A DNA stretch of 64,000 nucleotides from Mobula hypostoma (lineage: Eukaryota), in contig NC_086108.1 in assembly GCF_963921235.1 (NCBI RefSeq), positions 62,622,001 to 62,686,000 on the forward strand, read 5' to 3'. Below the pieces are notes generated by a model that did not search any database, was not told where the DNA came from, and saw only the letters and a list, made by a program, of their open reading frames with translations. Below are positions 63,019-64,000 of the stretch, in pieces; position 1 is the first letter of the stretch; every line of letters begins with the position of its first letter. Made by a program: the position numbers and the translations under genes.

Positions 63019-64000
63019 TTTTATTTATACGCTGGAAGGCTTCAGAGGCTAAAGCAAGAACATCTGAATAAGAGTGAGATGGAGAGTTAAAGAGGCTAGT
63101 TGAGATTTTGCGTATGTACTGTATGGAATTGAGGAGATGACATGTTGTTCTTCAAGCCCACGTGGTGCCTCTTTGGGACACCCCATGGGGCTAAAGATAG
63201 AGTGATCAGAATGGGAACAGGATGCAGGCAATTTAAAGCTCATGAGGGTATTCTCCACAACAATTATTCCATTTGCATTGGATTTCCCCATTAAAAAACA
63301 GAAGACCGCCTGAGAATCGAGTGCAGTTTATTCAATTAATTACTGCTTCATTTGAAGAGTAGTCAGAAATCTAGGCAGCAACAAGAAAGGGGAAAAGAAA
63401 AGAGAGCACACAAATGTGCAAAATGATGCAATGAGAAAAGGAGTGGTTATTGCTGATAGGAACCAAAGCATCCTGGTTCCATTAGATGACTGAAAGATAA
63501 GGGAAGCAGAGATGCCTGGTGTTGTTGCAACATATCGCACCATTGATAAGGTTCAGAAAATGTACCAATTTTGCTTCGCAGACCAAGATAAAGCAAAATG
63601 ATGAGAAATCATTACAAGGAGATGACGAGCAGCTTGGGATGTGTTTCTTCATTTAAAAAAATGTAGTATTCTGTGAGAATTTGATGGAGAAAAAAGGGAG
63701 AAATCATTTTCTTCTTTTAATTAATTTTTTTATGAGTTTCTACATTACAACAAAAAAACCCACCAACAAAAAGGAGCTTTGTACAGTGCGAACCCAACGT
63801 GTCTGATGTACAATTCATAACAGTAAAGAAAAAGCACCCAAAATAAAATCGTATAAAGTTAGTTTCCTCCCCACCCTCCCACTACGCACTCCAAGCCAAC
63901 CATTACGATATAAAGAAAAGTTAATCAGAGCTTTTGTCACCACAGAGCTGTGAATATAATAAAAGTGTATTGCCTACTACTAAACTATAATATATTTCAC

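Noticed and set aside
63715..64000. 3' end of an L1/Tx1-like LINE on the minus strand
   Set aside because: Only a T-rich start and base composition support it, and it is cut off by the window edge.

Overview
This is eukaryotic, repeat-dominated DNA with no confidently identifiable host gene. The repeat mix (V-SINEs, CR1, Rex1/Babar, Penelope) suggests an intronic or intergenic region of a fish, probably a shark or ray; that assignment is inference. The window holds decayed CR1 and Rex1 LINEs, a full-length RTE LINE, two internally deleted hAT transposons with 8-bp TSDs, a decayed two-LTR Gypsy element, three solo LTRs, a Tc1/mariner-like MITE and many Penelope-like fragments. The most interesting locus is 22.7-28.2 kb. 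The RTE element begins exactly at a sequence that can be folded by hand into a complete HDV-like ribozyme (22726-22907) with a five-hairpin P4. A fold-back Penelope insertion carrying two intact minimal hammerhead ribozymes on opposite strands is nested in the RTE 5' UTR. All family assignments and RNA folds were made by eye. No database search or folding program was run, and boundaries of old fragments are approximate.
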